Shown here in pieces: positions 1-12,957 of a stretch of 64,000 bases of DNA. The stretch's first letter is position 1. Each line of letters begins with the position of its first letter. Where the stretch lies: positions 17,300,001 through 17,364,000 of the forward strand of contig CM075988.1 in the NCBI GenBank assembly GCA_038087875.1, given 5' to 3'. Under the pieces are notes generated by a model. The model saw only the letters and a program-made list of their open reading frames with translations, made no database searches and had not been told where the DNA came from. Source of the DNA: Malacoraja senta (lineage: Eukaryota). A program made the translations under genes and the position numbers.

Positions 1-749
1 AGGAGTATGTTTGGGATCATTGTCTTGCTGTAGAATGAATTGCCGGCCAATGAGTTTTGAGGCTTTTGTTTGAACTTGAGCAGATAGGATGTGTCAGTAC
101 ACTTCAGAATTCATTGTGCTACTACCATCAGCATTTGCATCATCAATGAAGATAAGTGAGCCAGTACCTTCAGCAGCCATACATGCCCAGGCCATAACAC
201 CCCCACCACCGTGTTTCACAGATGAGGTGGTATGCTTTGGATCTTGGGCAGTTCCTTCTCTCCTCCATACTTTGCTCTTGCCATCACTCTGATATAAGTT
301 AATCTTCGTCTCATCTGTCCACAAGACCTTTTTCCAGAACTTTGGTTGTTCTTTTAAGTACTTATTGGCAAACTGTAAGCTGGCCATCCTATTTTTGCAG
401 CTAACCAGTGGTTTGCATCTTGCAGTGTAGCTTCTGTATTTCTGTTCATGAAGTCTTCTGCGGACAGTGGTCATTGACAAATCCACACCTGAAGAGTATT
501 TCTGGATCTGTCAGACAGGTGTTTGGGGATTTTTCTTTATTATAGAGAGAATTCCTCTGTCATCAGCTGTGGGGGTCTTCCTTCGCTTGCCAGTCCCTTT
601 GCGATTAGTAAGCTCACCAATGCTCTTTTTCTTCTTAATGATGTTCCAAACAATTGATTTTGGGTAAGCCTAAGGTTTGGCTGATGTCTCTCACAGTTTT
701 ATTCTTGTTTCTCAGTCTCATAACGGCTTCTGACTTTCATTGGCACAAC
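1..749 (-). mobile_element. Tc1-family DNA transposon, degenerate transposase body (continues past window start)
   Basis: ORF 94..486 has Tc1 motifs VLWTDETKINL and VKHGGGGVMAWAC. Bases 1-33 read LQQDNDPKHT (second catalytic Asp) on -. Frameshifts and stops are present. Confidence 0.9.
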
Positions 750-2084
750 ATAAAAGATAAAATAGCCGCACATTTGAATAATAGTAACAGGATCGGTCCG
801 AGTCAGCATGGATTTATGCAGAGGAAATCATGCCTAACTAATCTTCTGGAATTTTTTTGAGGATGTAACTAGGAAAATTGTTAAGGGAGAGCCAGTGGAT
901 GTAGTGTATCTGGACTTTCAGAAAGCATTTGATAAGGTCCCACATAGGAGATTAGTGGGCAAAATTAAGGCTCATGCTATTCGGGATAGAGGGCTGAGAT
1001 GGATAGAAAATTGGTTGGCAGACAGGAAACAAAGAGTAGGGATTAACGGGTCCCTTTCAGAATGGCAGGCAGTGACTAGTGGGGTACCGCAAGGCTCGGT
1101 ACTGGGACCGCAGCTATTTACAATATATATTAATGATTTAGATGAAGGGACTACAAGTAACATTAGCAAATCTGCAAATGGTACAAAGCTGGGTGGCAGT
1201 GTGAACTGTGAGGAGGATGCTATGCAAATGGAGCGTGACTTGGACAGGTTGGGTGAGTGGGCAAATGCATGGCAGATTAAGTTTAATGTGGATAAATGTG
1301 AGGTTATCCACTTTGGTAGCAAAAACAGGAAGTCAGATTATTATCTAAATGGTGTCAAATTGGGAAAAGGGGAAGTACAACGGGATCTGGGGATCCTTGT
1401 TCATCAGCCAATGAAAGTAAGCATGCAGGTACAGCAGGCAGTGAAGAAAGTGAATGGCATGTTGACCTTTATAACAAGAGGAGTTGAGTATAGAAGCAAA
1501 GAGGTCCTCCTACAGTTGTAGAGGTCCCTAGTGAGACCACATCTGGAATATTGTGTGCAGTTTTGATCTCCAAATTTGAAGAAGGACTATTGAGGGAGTG
1601 CAGCGTAGGTTCACAAGATTAATTACCGGGATGGCGGGACTGTCATATGCTGAGAGAATGGAGCGGCTGGGCTTGTATACTCTGGAATTTAGGATGAGAG
1701 GGGATCTTATTGAAACATATAAGATTATTAAGGGTTTGGACACGCTTGAGGCAGGAAACATGTTCCCGATGTTGGGGGAGTCCAGAACCAGGGGCCACAG
1801 ATTAAGAATAAGAGGTAAGCCATTTAGAACGGAGATGAGGAAACCTATTTTCACACAGAGAGTTGTGAGTCTGTGGAATTCTCTGCCTCAGAGGGCGGTG
1901 GAGGCCGGTTCTCTGGAAACTTTCAAGAGAGAGCTAGATAGGGCTCTTAAAGATAGCGGAGTCAGGGGAAATGGGGAGAAGGCAGGAATGGGGTACTGAT
2001 TGTGGGTGATCAACCATGATCACATTGGATGGTGGTGCTGGCTTGAAGGGCCGTATGGCCTACTCCTGCACCTATTGTCTATTG
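750..2084 (+). mobile_element. 5'-truncated CR1-clade LINE (HER1-like), RT domain plus 3' tail, inserted into the Tc1 transposase
   Basis: ORFs 895..1521 and 1598..1999 contain YLDFQKAFDKVPH, SGVPQGSVLGP and YINDL; the FADD motif is degraded to SANG. Ends in cctactcctgcacctattgtctattg. Confidence 0.93.
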
Positions 2085-2461
2085 GCTCTTTGGTCCTCAT
2101 GTTGATAAACAGCAATAAAAGTATCCAAAGGTGATGGAAAGACTGGAGGAAAGACTAGGTGTTGAGAGGTCTCTTATACCTGCATTAAAAAGGCAATTAA
2201 ACACACCTGAGCAATTACAAACACCTGTGAAGCCATGTGTCCCAAACATTATGGTGCCCTGAAATGGGGGAACTGTGTATAAACACTGCTGTAATTTCTA
2301 CATGGTGAAACCAAAATGTATAAAAATACTTTTTAATATAATCTGACAATGTGCACTTTAACCACATGTGATTTTTTTTCTATTGCAAATCTCAAATTGT
2401 GGAGTACAGATGCAAATAAATAAATGATGGGTCTTTGTCCCAAACATTATGGAGGGCACTG
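2085..2461 (-). mobile_element. 5' end of the same Tc1 element: start codons and IR/DR-type terminal repeat
   Basis: ATG AGG ACC AAA GAG (MRTKE) at 2100-2086. Terminus reads CAGTGCCCTCCATAATGTTTGGGACA on -. The 17-bp repeat tgtcccaaacattatgg occurs at 2238-2254 and 2436-2452. Confidence 0.85.
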
Positions 2462-2780
2462 TGTAGCCATTTCTTCAAAGTCAAAAATCAAACTGGGGAT
2501 CACAGCATGTGAGCTGAAATGCTACTGTCTGAATCTCTCAGTGCGGCTCTGAAAGATTTGCCTTGTTCTTCATTGATCATAAAGTATTAAATTAATAATT
2601 TCAAAGACTCTCCAGATTGAATATTTCAGATAATCGGCTGATCCACTATAATTTGTTCACTTTATGTTTGAAGAAAATATGAGAAGAAAATTAATGTTTT
2701 ATTGTAGAATGTCTGTTAAATAATCATAATAGCATGGAAGGAGGCCATTTAACCCATCAAATCCTACTAGCTCCAGCAAA

Positions 2781-3443
2781 GGGCAGCACAGCAGCACAGT
2801 GGTAGAGCTGGTGCCTCACAGTGCCAGAGACCCGTGTTTGATCCTGACTACGGGTGCAGTCTGTGCGGAGTTAGTATGTTCCCCCTTTGACAATGTGGGT
2901 TTTCTCTGGGTGCTCTGCTTTCCTCCCGGAATCCAAAGACATGCAGGTTTATAGGTTAATTGGCTTCTGTAAATTGCCCCTAGTGTGTAGGACATAGAAC
3001 TAGTGTAGAGGTGATCGAAACGATAAAACTTTATTCATCAAAATTCATCATTAACGTCAAAAGCTTTATTGGGAAATTGATCAATGGTCAGCATGGACTT
3101 GTTGGGCCAAAGGGTCTGTTTCCACACTGTATCTCTGAACTGCACAGTGGCGCAGTGGTAGAGTTGCTGCCTTACAGGGGCAGAGACTTGGGCTCAATCC
3201 CAGGTCTCAATTACAGGTGCTGTCTGTAAGGAGTTTGTACCTTCTCTCTGTGACAGTATGGGTTTTCTCTGAGATCTTCGGTTTCCTCCAAAGATGTACA
3301 GGTCTGTAGGTTAATTGGCTTGGTATAAATGTACAATTGTCCCTAGTGTGTGTAGGATAATGTTAATGTGTGGGGATCGCTGGTCGATGTGGACTCGGTG
3401 GGCCGAAGGGCCTGTTTCTGTGCTGTAAACTAAATTAAACTAA
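2781..3443 (+). mobile_element. Two tandem tRNA-derived V-SINEs (HE1-like)
   Basis: tRNA-like head (gcagtggtagag...gatcctgac), central V-domain (gtgggttttctc...tttcctcc) and CR1-like tail gggccgaagggcctgtttc...aaactaaac. Confidence 0.8.
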
Positions 3444-3583
3444 AGCAATCCAATCAGTCTCATTGTCCCACTCCCTGAAGCCAAATTATTTTCCATTTGG
3501 CGTTTATCCAATTTCTCTTGTAGGTCCCAGTCAAAGCCAATGAATCAGTAATGGGGATGATTGAGTTTGAGCAGTTGATATTA

Positions 3584-3752
3584 CTTCTTCTTCTTATCGA
3601 GTCCACACGCAAGATTAGAAGTTGTTCAGCCAGAGCCGTACACACTTCTCGGCATCTGCATACAATGGTGTCTGTCTTGTCGCTTCTTGTGCGTGGTGGT
3701 GGAAAGATTGGTGAAAACAGGGCCGTGACGTGAACGCTCTTTCCTTGACCCC
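3584..3752 (-). mobile_element. Short non-autonomous retroelement (Ingi/Vingi-like, internally deleted) with (AAG)n tail
   Basis: Flanked by imperfect direct repeats gttgatattact (3574-3585) and gtcgatatgact (3753-3764). The 3' end reads ...WLNNF*-gactcgat-aagaagaagaag, and the 5' end is an HDV-like fold. Confidence 0.65.
3701..3752 (-). ncRNA. Candidate minimal HDV-like self-cleaving ribozyme
   Basis: GGGGUC-AA-GGAAAGA-GCG-UUCACGU-CAC-GGCCCU-G-UUUUCA-CCAA-UCUUUCC. P1 is 6 bp starting with G-U, P2 is a perfect 7 bp, P3 has 1 mismatch, L3 is 7 nt and J4/2 is CCAA. Confidence 0.7.
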
Positions 3753-4210
3753 GTCGATATGACTGGAAACAAGGGATGGGTGCATGGGAATACCACCACT
3801 TCTATGTTCCACTCTAGCTGCACACCATCCTGACCTCGAAATAAATTGCTAGTCTTTCATCCACTAAGTCTACATCATCGGAATGTCACTGTACCGAGCA
3901 AGGAACAAGAGACAATAAAGTATCATCATCACCGTCAGAAAGATCTCAAACGTCCAAGGCAATTAGGGATAATCAATAAATGCCGGCCTTGCCAGATTCT
4001 GTTTGAGCCTAAATCTCAGAGAACAGCCTATTTATAGAATGGAGCAAACGGAACTTATGAATGAAACCACAGAAGCCTCTCCCGTAAGATTAATTGCTCA
4101 AGGGAGATGCAGTGAATGAAGGATAATTACATCTAAATTGTGTTGCTTCAAATCAATCTCAGTCTTTGGGCAAGATTGACATGAGAATGTTCTGATCATT
4201 TTGACTTTGC

Positions 4211-4491
4211 TTCAGAGATATAGCGCGAAAACAGGCTCTTCGGCCCACTGGGTTCGCACCCACCCTTACACTAGTTCTATCCTACATGCTAGGGACAATT
4301 TACAGAAACCAATTAACATATAGACCTGCATGTCTTTGGCGTGTGGGAGGAAACCGGAGAACCCAGAGAAAACCCACACAGTCACAGGGAGAAGATATAT
4401 ACCCCATACAGACAGCACCCATAGTTAGGGTTGAACCCGTGTCTTTGGCACTGAGAGGCAGCAACTTTACCGCTGCGCCACCATTCCGCCC
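4211..4491 (-). mobile_element. V-SINE (HE1-like)
   Basis: Reverse complement of the same SINE family (ggaggaaaccgga...aaaacccac...actttaccgctgcgcca). Confidence 0.8.
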
Positions 4492-5464
4492 TCTGGTTGG
4501 GCAGAGCTTTGTCATTTTATGATGCTTTTTTTAAAGTTTAGCCGATGTATCCAGAATTTCGCAAGAAATCTTCCCTAATTTCTATTTGGAGGTTTGAAAG
4601 GAAGGTTTAAAGAGACTGCGGATTTGTTGATGCAGAACAGAGGAATATTCTGGTCTCATGCACTGTTTTCTGAGCATGAGGAGCTAATTTGTAAATGACC
4701 TTTCCAGCAGGCAATTAAACAAATGCACGAGCATAGTTTATGACAAGCAGATTGGGCCTGGATTTATGGATGCTGGGTTAGATAGACTCATTTGTTTTAC
4801 AGGAGGGCTCTTCATGATGCAAGGTCAAGATAACAACCTGAACTCTGGAAGTACACCATTGCTATTTTGAGAGTAATAATATGACTGTGGTTTGTATTTA
4901 CAGATGCAACATTCAGCAATTTATTCATAGTATTTAGACCTGGCCAGTTCCCTTGACTCATTGTTCTAACCATTCTGGTGCCTTTGTCTGAAAATAGTTA
5001 CCACTGGTTAGTTTCCAGTCCTGTGCATTGTGTTGGGTTTCTAACGTAGTCATCACATAATGCTGGCTTGAAGGGCCGAATGGCCTTCTCCTGCACCGAT
5101 CGTCTATCATCTTAAAGGTTTTCTCTTTTTATTTGTTTTTAACAGTTAGGGTCAGCTGTTTCAACTTGGAGCTCCAATAAGTAATGTTGTTCTCCAGATT
5201 CGCACGTGGGATGAACTGATCTTATTTTACACGGGTCAACACAAATGCATTAGGAATTTTGTCAAGGTAGCATCAAGTGGGAATTCAACTCGCCATGTTT
5301 ATAATGTATGGTTTATACATTTTTCTAAATTTGGATTGACATAGTTAGTAATTGAATGGCCATTCTCCTTGCTGTGATACCTCTGCATAGTTTGGGGCAG
5401 TTTTATCATTGGTTAATTATCAGGCAAACGATCTAGTGTTGGTGCAGAAGCCCCGGTTGGCATG

Positions 5465-5560
5465 GACACAAAATGCGGGAGTAACTCAGCGGGTCAGGCA
5501 GCATCTCTGGAGAAAAGGAATAGGTGACCTTTCGGGTCGAGACCCTTCTTCAGACTCAGT
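5465..5560 (-). mobile_element. Penelope-like element terminal fragment with hammerhead-like core
   Basis: Reads ctgaagaagggtctcgacccgaaaggtcacc...gatgctgcctgacccgctgagttactc on -. This is the same unit that follows the GIY-YIG coding fragment at 27.1-27.5 kb. Confidence 0.65.
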
Positions 5561-5623
5561 TGTGATATTCCCTTCAGAATGTCCATAAGACTGTGATGAA
5601 ACTTGCTGTTATTCTCTGGCTAA

Positions 5624-5860
5624 AGGGCCTGTCCCACTTTCACGACCTAATTCACGACCTCTGCCGAGTTTGCCCTTGACTAATACTCGCAGCATGGTCG
5701 TCACAAGGTCGTAGGAGGTCGTAGGTAGGGTGTAGGTAGGTCGTGATGCTAGTTATAGGTACTCATGGCATCAAGTACGTTGGGCATTTTTTCAACATGA
5801 TGATAAATGTCCACGAGTAAAAAAGGTTGTGAATTAGGTCGTGAAAGTGGGACAGGCCCT
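5624..5860. mobile_element. PIF/Harbinger-type MITE
   Basis: TIR agggcctgtcccactttcacgacctaattcac is mirrored at the right end; flanks are TAA and TTA. Confidence 0.8.
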
Positions 5861-5949
5861 TTACTGCAGCAAGGTTGTGAGTGTACGTAGTGACAACTAG
5901 GACTTGACTGGTAGCAATGTTGTCTCTTTCCATAATAGATTGCAGTTTT

Positions 5950-6275
5950 GAGTCCCATTTCAGAGTGATGGGAACAAGGATCTAAGTTGACGCTCTAGAA
6001 CGAGACTGTTGGAAGTGCTGCTTTTTGAGTAAGACATTAATACTGAAGACGCGTCTCAGATGAATGCGAAAAATAGTAATCTGAAGAGAGGCAGATGAGT
6101 TATTGCAGCTGTCCTCACCTATATTTATCTCTTAATCGACAGCGGCAAAAACAGATTATGTGGTCATTGTAACATTCCTGCTTTAGGGACATTGCCACAG
6201 ACTAATAGGCTGCTGAGTGTCCTCCATTCAAACAATGTCCATACATTGAAACTGCTTTAGTGTCCTTAAAAACAT
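5950..6275 (+). mobile_element. Old Deu-domain-type SINE remnant (SacSINE1-like)
   Basis: Degenerate match by eye to the family motifs atatttatc.c..aa, acagattat.tggtcatt...acatt and ggctgc. Other remnants at ~25.3-25.7, 42.6-42.8, 49.9-50.2 and 57.4-57.8 kb. Confidence 0.5.
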
Positions 6276-6511
6276 GGAAACTAGATAGATTTAAAAGATG
6301 TGTAGGAAATAACCCATTTCCTTCGCTCCATAGATGCTGCTGCACCCGCTGAGTTTCTCCAGCACTTTTGTCTACCTATTGATCAGCCATGATCACATTG
6401 AATGGCGGTGCTGGCTCAAAGAGCTGAATGGCGTACTCCTGCGTCTATTGTCCATGTCCTGCCCTTGTCTTGCCCCATCCTCCCTACTCACAACTGTTAT
6501 TTTCTCCATAG

Positions 6512-6739
<228 letters not shown>

Positions 6740-7377
6740 TAATCTTGCTTCTTCTTCCAGCAATCTAGATTGGCAACCTTCCAGCTTCCTGAGCCAAGGT
6801 GGCCTTGACAGCAGAATAACTGCAGAAACAAAATCTGAGACAAAGCAAGCAACGGTGAAAGCAGATGCCTCTTCGCCTTTGTAAAAGCCTGACAAGAAAA
6901 TGTGTGCTTGCTGCATTTGTGTGAATTTCCACTACTTTATAATTCTGCCTGATGCCATGCAGTGCAGAAATCAAATGTACTTCTGATTTCTACATGGAAA
7001 TTAAAATATGATTACAAGTAACTAAATTGGGAATGGGCTGTTGAGTTTTGTCGTTCAAAAGTCATGGCTGATATGGTATCCCATTCGTCTTTCCGGCTTT
7101 ATTCCTACATTTCTTCATTCGGTATCTAAGAAATTGTAATCTGAAATTTAGAATCAGTTAGAATCGAAAAGAAAAAGGTCAGCATATTGAAAGTAAATCT
7201 GCAACAGAGCCAACAGTGGTTTCTCATTGAATTCCCTGATGCCAATCTGCTACTGGTTCATCTAAGCCACACACCAATGCAGGTAGATGATAGCAGGGTG
7301 GCCAGTGACCAAGGTAATTGCCCTCTTGTTAATTTTCCAGGGTGAGTCTGGTTGCACCCTCCTCATATGTTTTATTT

Positions 7378-7654
7378 GTTTTCCCTCTCTCTCTTTCTCT
7401 CTCTTTCCCTCTCTTTTTCTCTCCTCTCTTTCCCTCTCCATCCATCTCTCCACTTCTCCCTCTTCCTCTTTTTCCATCTCCCTCTCTTTCACACTCCCTC
7501 TTTCTCCTTCTCCCTCTCTCTCCCTCTTTCTCTCTTTTCCCCTCTCTTTTTCTCTCCCTTCTTTCCCTCTCCCTCCCTTCCTATCTCCATTTCTCCCTCT
7601 TCCTCCCTCTCTTTCTCCCTCTCACTCTCCCTCTCTTTTACGCTCTCTCTTTCT

Positions 7655-7687
<33 letters not shown>
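7378..7687. repeat. ~310-bp C/T-rich low-complexity tract ending in (CT)n
   Basis: Almost purely pyrimidine on +. It creates the spurious L/S/P/F-rich ORFs at 7287-8170. Confidence 0.95.
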
Positions 7688-7699
7688 GGTGGTGTGTGG

Positions 7700-8250
7700 T
7701 TTCAACCTCTGTATCTTCTGCCGGATGGGAAAAGGGAGAAGGAATGTGCGGCGTGGGACAAGCCTTTGATTATGTTGTCTGCTTTTCCGAGGCAGCGTGA
7801 AGTGTTGATGGGGTCACTGGTAGGAAATCTCGTCTGTGTGACAGACTGGGCTACATCTATAACTCTCTGCAAGTTCTTGGGCAAAGCTGGTCCCAACCCA
7901 AGCTATGATGCAACCCGACTGTATGCTTTCGATGGTGCATCTGTAGAAGTTTGTAAGAGTCATTGGACACATGCTGAATTTCCTCAGTCTATTGAGGAAG
8001 TAGAGGCGTTGGTGTACCTTCTTGGCTGTTGCTTCAGTGTGGTTAGTCCACGACAGATCATTGGTTATATTAACGTCAAGGAGCTTGTAGCTCCCAACTA
8101 TTGCCATTTCAGCACCATTGATGCTGATCGGGGCATGTACTACCCCTCGCTTCCTAAAGTTGATATGTAGCTCCTTCGTCTTGCTGACATTGGGGGAGAG
8201 GTTATTGCTCTGTCACCATGTTACTAAGTTCTTTATCTACTTCCTGTATT
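7700..8250 (-). mobile_element. Rex1/Babar LINE 3' fragment
   Basis: ORF 7814..8107 contains DLSWTNHTEATAKKVHQRLYFLNRLRKF and NFYRCTIESI; downstream LFPSGRRY. Confidence 0.85.
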
Positions 8251-8955
8251 CCAGAGGCTATCAGATCTCAATGGTGCAGGTGGAGTTGCCCTGATCTAAC
8301 TGTGTGACAGAACTGACCAGAGGGCTGAAAGCCCCTTGCCTATTCCTGGTATTGTTTGCTTTCACCCTGAAGCACAGAAGATAACAGGACACATTGGTAT
8401 TTCCGTGAATCGCTCAGTACTGGAGATAGTGCACATCCTGTTCTATATCAGGAGAAATACTCCAGGGCTGCCTACGTCGGCTGTTCTGTACAGGGTTAGA
8501 TGCTGTCTTACCGGACAATGCATGTGGAATGACAATCATTTATTCTGCTCTGGTCAACAAGACAATTCAGGGTCACAATTCCTGGTCAATGTGTCATGGT
8601 TCCTGCACAGGTGTCTTGTGAGGGGCATAATGGCTTCACTCCTCTCCCTTTGAGCCATGTACCACGAGAGTCTAGACTCACAAACAACATAGCCAAAATG
8701 GGCAAGGCAGTGGAGGACAATGCCATCTGTTAGATCAATACTAGTCATATCACAGTGATCAGAAGGTTCTGTGATTGAGAGAACGAGAGAAAAAGAGAGA
8801 CTGCTGAATATGGAAAACCAAAATTATGCTGTAGTTGTAAGTGAGAAGCACAAATATCAGCCATTAACCTTAAGGAAACAGTAATGTTGTTAAGATAAGA
8901 AAGGCATAATATTATACCCTTGACCGTCCTTTGATCTCTCCCTACCATGTTGTAG

Positions 8956-9411
<456 letters not shown>

Positions 9412-9874
9412 TGAGAGCGAGTAATAGATTGTAATTGATTATCCAGAGCTGGGCAATTGTCTGTGTATTTGATAACGTCCCAAACCAAGGATCCCATAAT
9501 AACATAGAGGGACCCGGCATAGGGGGGGGTGGCTGCCGAGAACAATGAGGGACCGGTGGGGGGGGGGGGGGGGGGGGGAGAAGGAAGAGGGACCATTGAG
9601 ACCATATTGAATACTTTTGTCAGTTTTTATACTTATGCATTGTATGCAAAACAAAGAATTTCACTACAGTGTGAGTGTGCAGGGATCACGGACTCGGTGG
9701 GCCAAAGGGCCTGTTTCCGCACTATACCTCTAAACTAAACTGAACTGGGTGTCTAGCTGTTCTGCATATTCACAGCCTACAACAATGTCCTCTACTCAAA
9801 CCTGATGATTCTCCTGGTCCCCATCTTAAGCACGGATTTCACATCCCTATCAAAATCCCTCGCTGTGTCTTTGA

Positions 9875-10567
<693 letters not shown>

Positions 10568-10644
10568 TTACTATACACTGTTTTATATCTTGAGGATGAA
10601 ACGGGAAGAAATAGTTTTTTGTTCTATTTTCTGACTGTCAGCGC

Positions 10645-11010
10645 TGGTGAGGTGTATGATGAGCGTTTGACGGCACTGGGTCTTTACTCGCTGGTTTAGA
10701 AGGACGAGGGGGGAGACTAATTGAAACCTATCGATTAGTGAAAATGCCAGGATAGAGTGGATGCGGAGAGGATTTTTCCACTCGCGGGAGAGTGTAGTAC
10801 CAAAGGGCGTAGCCACCAAATAAAAGGAAATATTTTTAGAAAGGAGATGAGGAGGAATTTTATTAGTCAGAGTGTGGTGAATCTGTGGTCAAGTTATTGG
10901 GTATTTTTAAGGCAGAGATTGACAGATTCTTGATTAGTAAGTGTGCCAAGGGTTATGGAGACAAGACAGGAGAATGGGGTTGACAGGGAAAGATAGATCA
11001 GCTATTTTCT
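10645..11010 (+). mobile_element. CR1 LINE 3' fragment
   Basis: Similar to 1650-2000 (gagtgtggtgaatctgtgg, gcagagattgacagattcttgattagtaa). Confidence 0.75.
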
Positions 11011-11625
11011 CTGTTGGGCTCAGAGGAAGAGGCAGGATACTGACTAATTGGATAGAACTTTCAAAGACATGGCCCAGATGAAGGGCTGGTTGTTTGCTCA
11101 GTAGCAGGAGAGAGAAGAGGAACCGTGAATGTTTACTTTTAATCATTTTTCTTCTGGTACATATATATGTTTGATATTTTTAGAAATCAAAGGGTTTAGT
11201 TGAAGAGTCTGCCTGTAATGGTAGCTGTTTCTCTTTCCATAGATGCTGCCTGACCTGTTCAGAGGTTCCAGCATCTTCTGTTTTTTATTTTTAATATTTT
11301 GGGGTTTTGCACTGAGGTGACTTGTAAGACCAATTAACTGGATGGATATCTTACACAAGGGATAGCCTGTACTTGTGTAATTCCACCTCATATGAGTTAG
11401 CAAGGAGCAGAAATTGAGAATAGTATATTAGCTAGATATTGTGGGCAGTAAAATGCAAGGCAGTACATCAGATGTTAAGCCAAGCCCCAGTCTGCCCTAT
11501 TGACTGGAGATAGATAGATCCTTGATTAGTATGGGTGTCAAAGGTTATGGGGAGAAGGCAGGAGAATGGGGTTAGGAGGGAGGGATAGATCAGCCATGAT
11601 TGAATGGCAGAGCAGAATGGCCTAA

Positions 11626-11813
11626 AGGGCCTGTCCCACTTGGGCGTTATTTGCGCGTCATTTACGTGACATCATTTACGGGTCACGATGCATGACGCGC
11701 GCATCGCACGTGGTGAGACGTGGCGTAGGAAGCGCCCCAGGATTTGGGGAATCTCAACATCCTCGTGCGCCACCTGCGTGACTCGCAAATGACGTCCAAG
11801 TGGGACAGGCCCT
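11626..11813. mobile_element. PIF/Harbinger-type MITE inserted into a CR1 tail
   Basis: TIR agggcctgtcccacttg; TAA duplicated on both sides. Removing it restores the CR1 tail gaatggcctaattct. Confidence 0.85.
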
Positions 11814-11939
11814 TAATTCTACTCCTATCCCTTATGACATTATGAGATATTGGACCCTACACCGCCATTTGCAAGAAGGGCAATGGAGGTCTCATTGGTA
11901 CCTTACCTAAACTAACACCATAAACTAACACCATACCAT

Positions 11940-12076
11940 GTCCCTTAGTCCCATGTTCCCCTCCCCTCTGTCTTACTGCTCTATTTTGTTTTGTTTATTC
12001 CTGACTCTCAATTGTAAAGCGACTTTGAGTCCTGAAAAGCGCTATATAAATAAAATCTATTATTATTATTATTATA
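11940..12076 (+). mobile_element. L2-type LINE 3' tail with (TAT)n
   Basis: gtaaagcgactttgagtcctgaaaagcgctatataaataaaatctattattattatta. A near-identical short copy sits at ~25767-25819 inside a CR1 tail. Confidence 0.55.
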
Positions 12077-12780
12077 CCAGACTAACACCAGCATAAAAGT
12101 TCACCACATTACTGTGCAGAAATTACCAGTAACATTTCTTTATTATCAAAACGACTGCACTTCCAATCAGTACCCTTCTTCAGACCCTTCATAGGACTGA
12201 CCCCTAGGTTTCCAGCCTTGAAGGAGGGCAACATAGAAACAATCCTACAGAGTTCACTCAAGTTGGAGGCATGATGAAATGTGAAGTGCCAGACACCTCA
12301 TCAGATAAAAGACAAACGTGGCAGACAATATGTGGAATCTCTCTTCATTTGTACAAAAACATCTTGTTTATAAATAGCAGCATTAGCATCCAAAACCTTC
12401 CCAAGGTGGTTCACAAACCCGAAAACATGATATCAAAAGTGTACATTCTGGGGACTTTCTGAAAAGATAGAGGAGCACACAGATTGATGTTCCTTAAGAG
12501 ATATCGGGAGAAACAAAAAAGTGAATTCACAGAGGGAATATTAGATGCAGCAAGGAGAAAGTTGTAAATTTCTCATCTATAGTGTCCCATAAATCTGCAG
12601 CAGAATAATTCTCTGGTGTAATCTCTTAATATACACATCACACATACATATGTTTAAATGATAAATGACTGTAGTTGAAAACTTGTACAACATCTGGTGT
12701 TGATTAAAGATTCCTGGCGTAATGAAATATTCATGGTCGTCATTACTAGCTTCACTTTTTAGTTTTACTCTCTCTTTTGA

Positions 12781-12957
<177 letters not shown>

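Noticed and set aside
1..6511. BACE1 exons 1-3 (first DTG catalytic motif)
   Set aside because: Not found; presumably upstream of the window, so their absence is not evidence of a pseudogene.
7287..8170. Long ORFs of 152-272 aa
   Set aside because: They are open only because the CT tract lacks stop codons; the remainder is the antisense strand of a Rex1 fragment.
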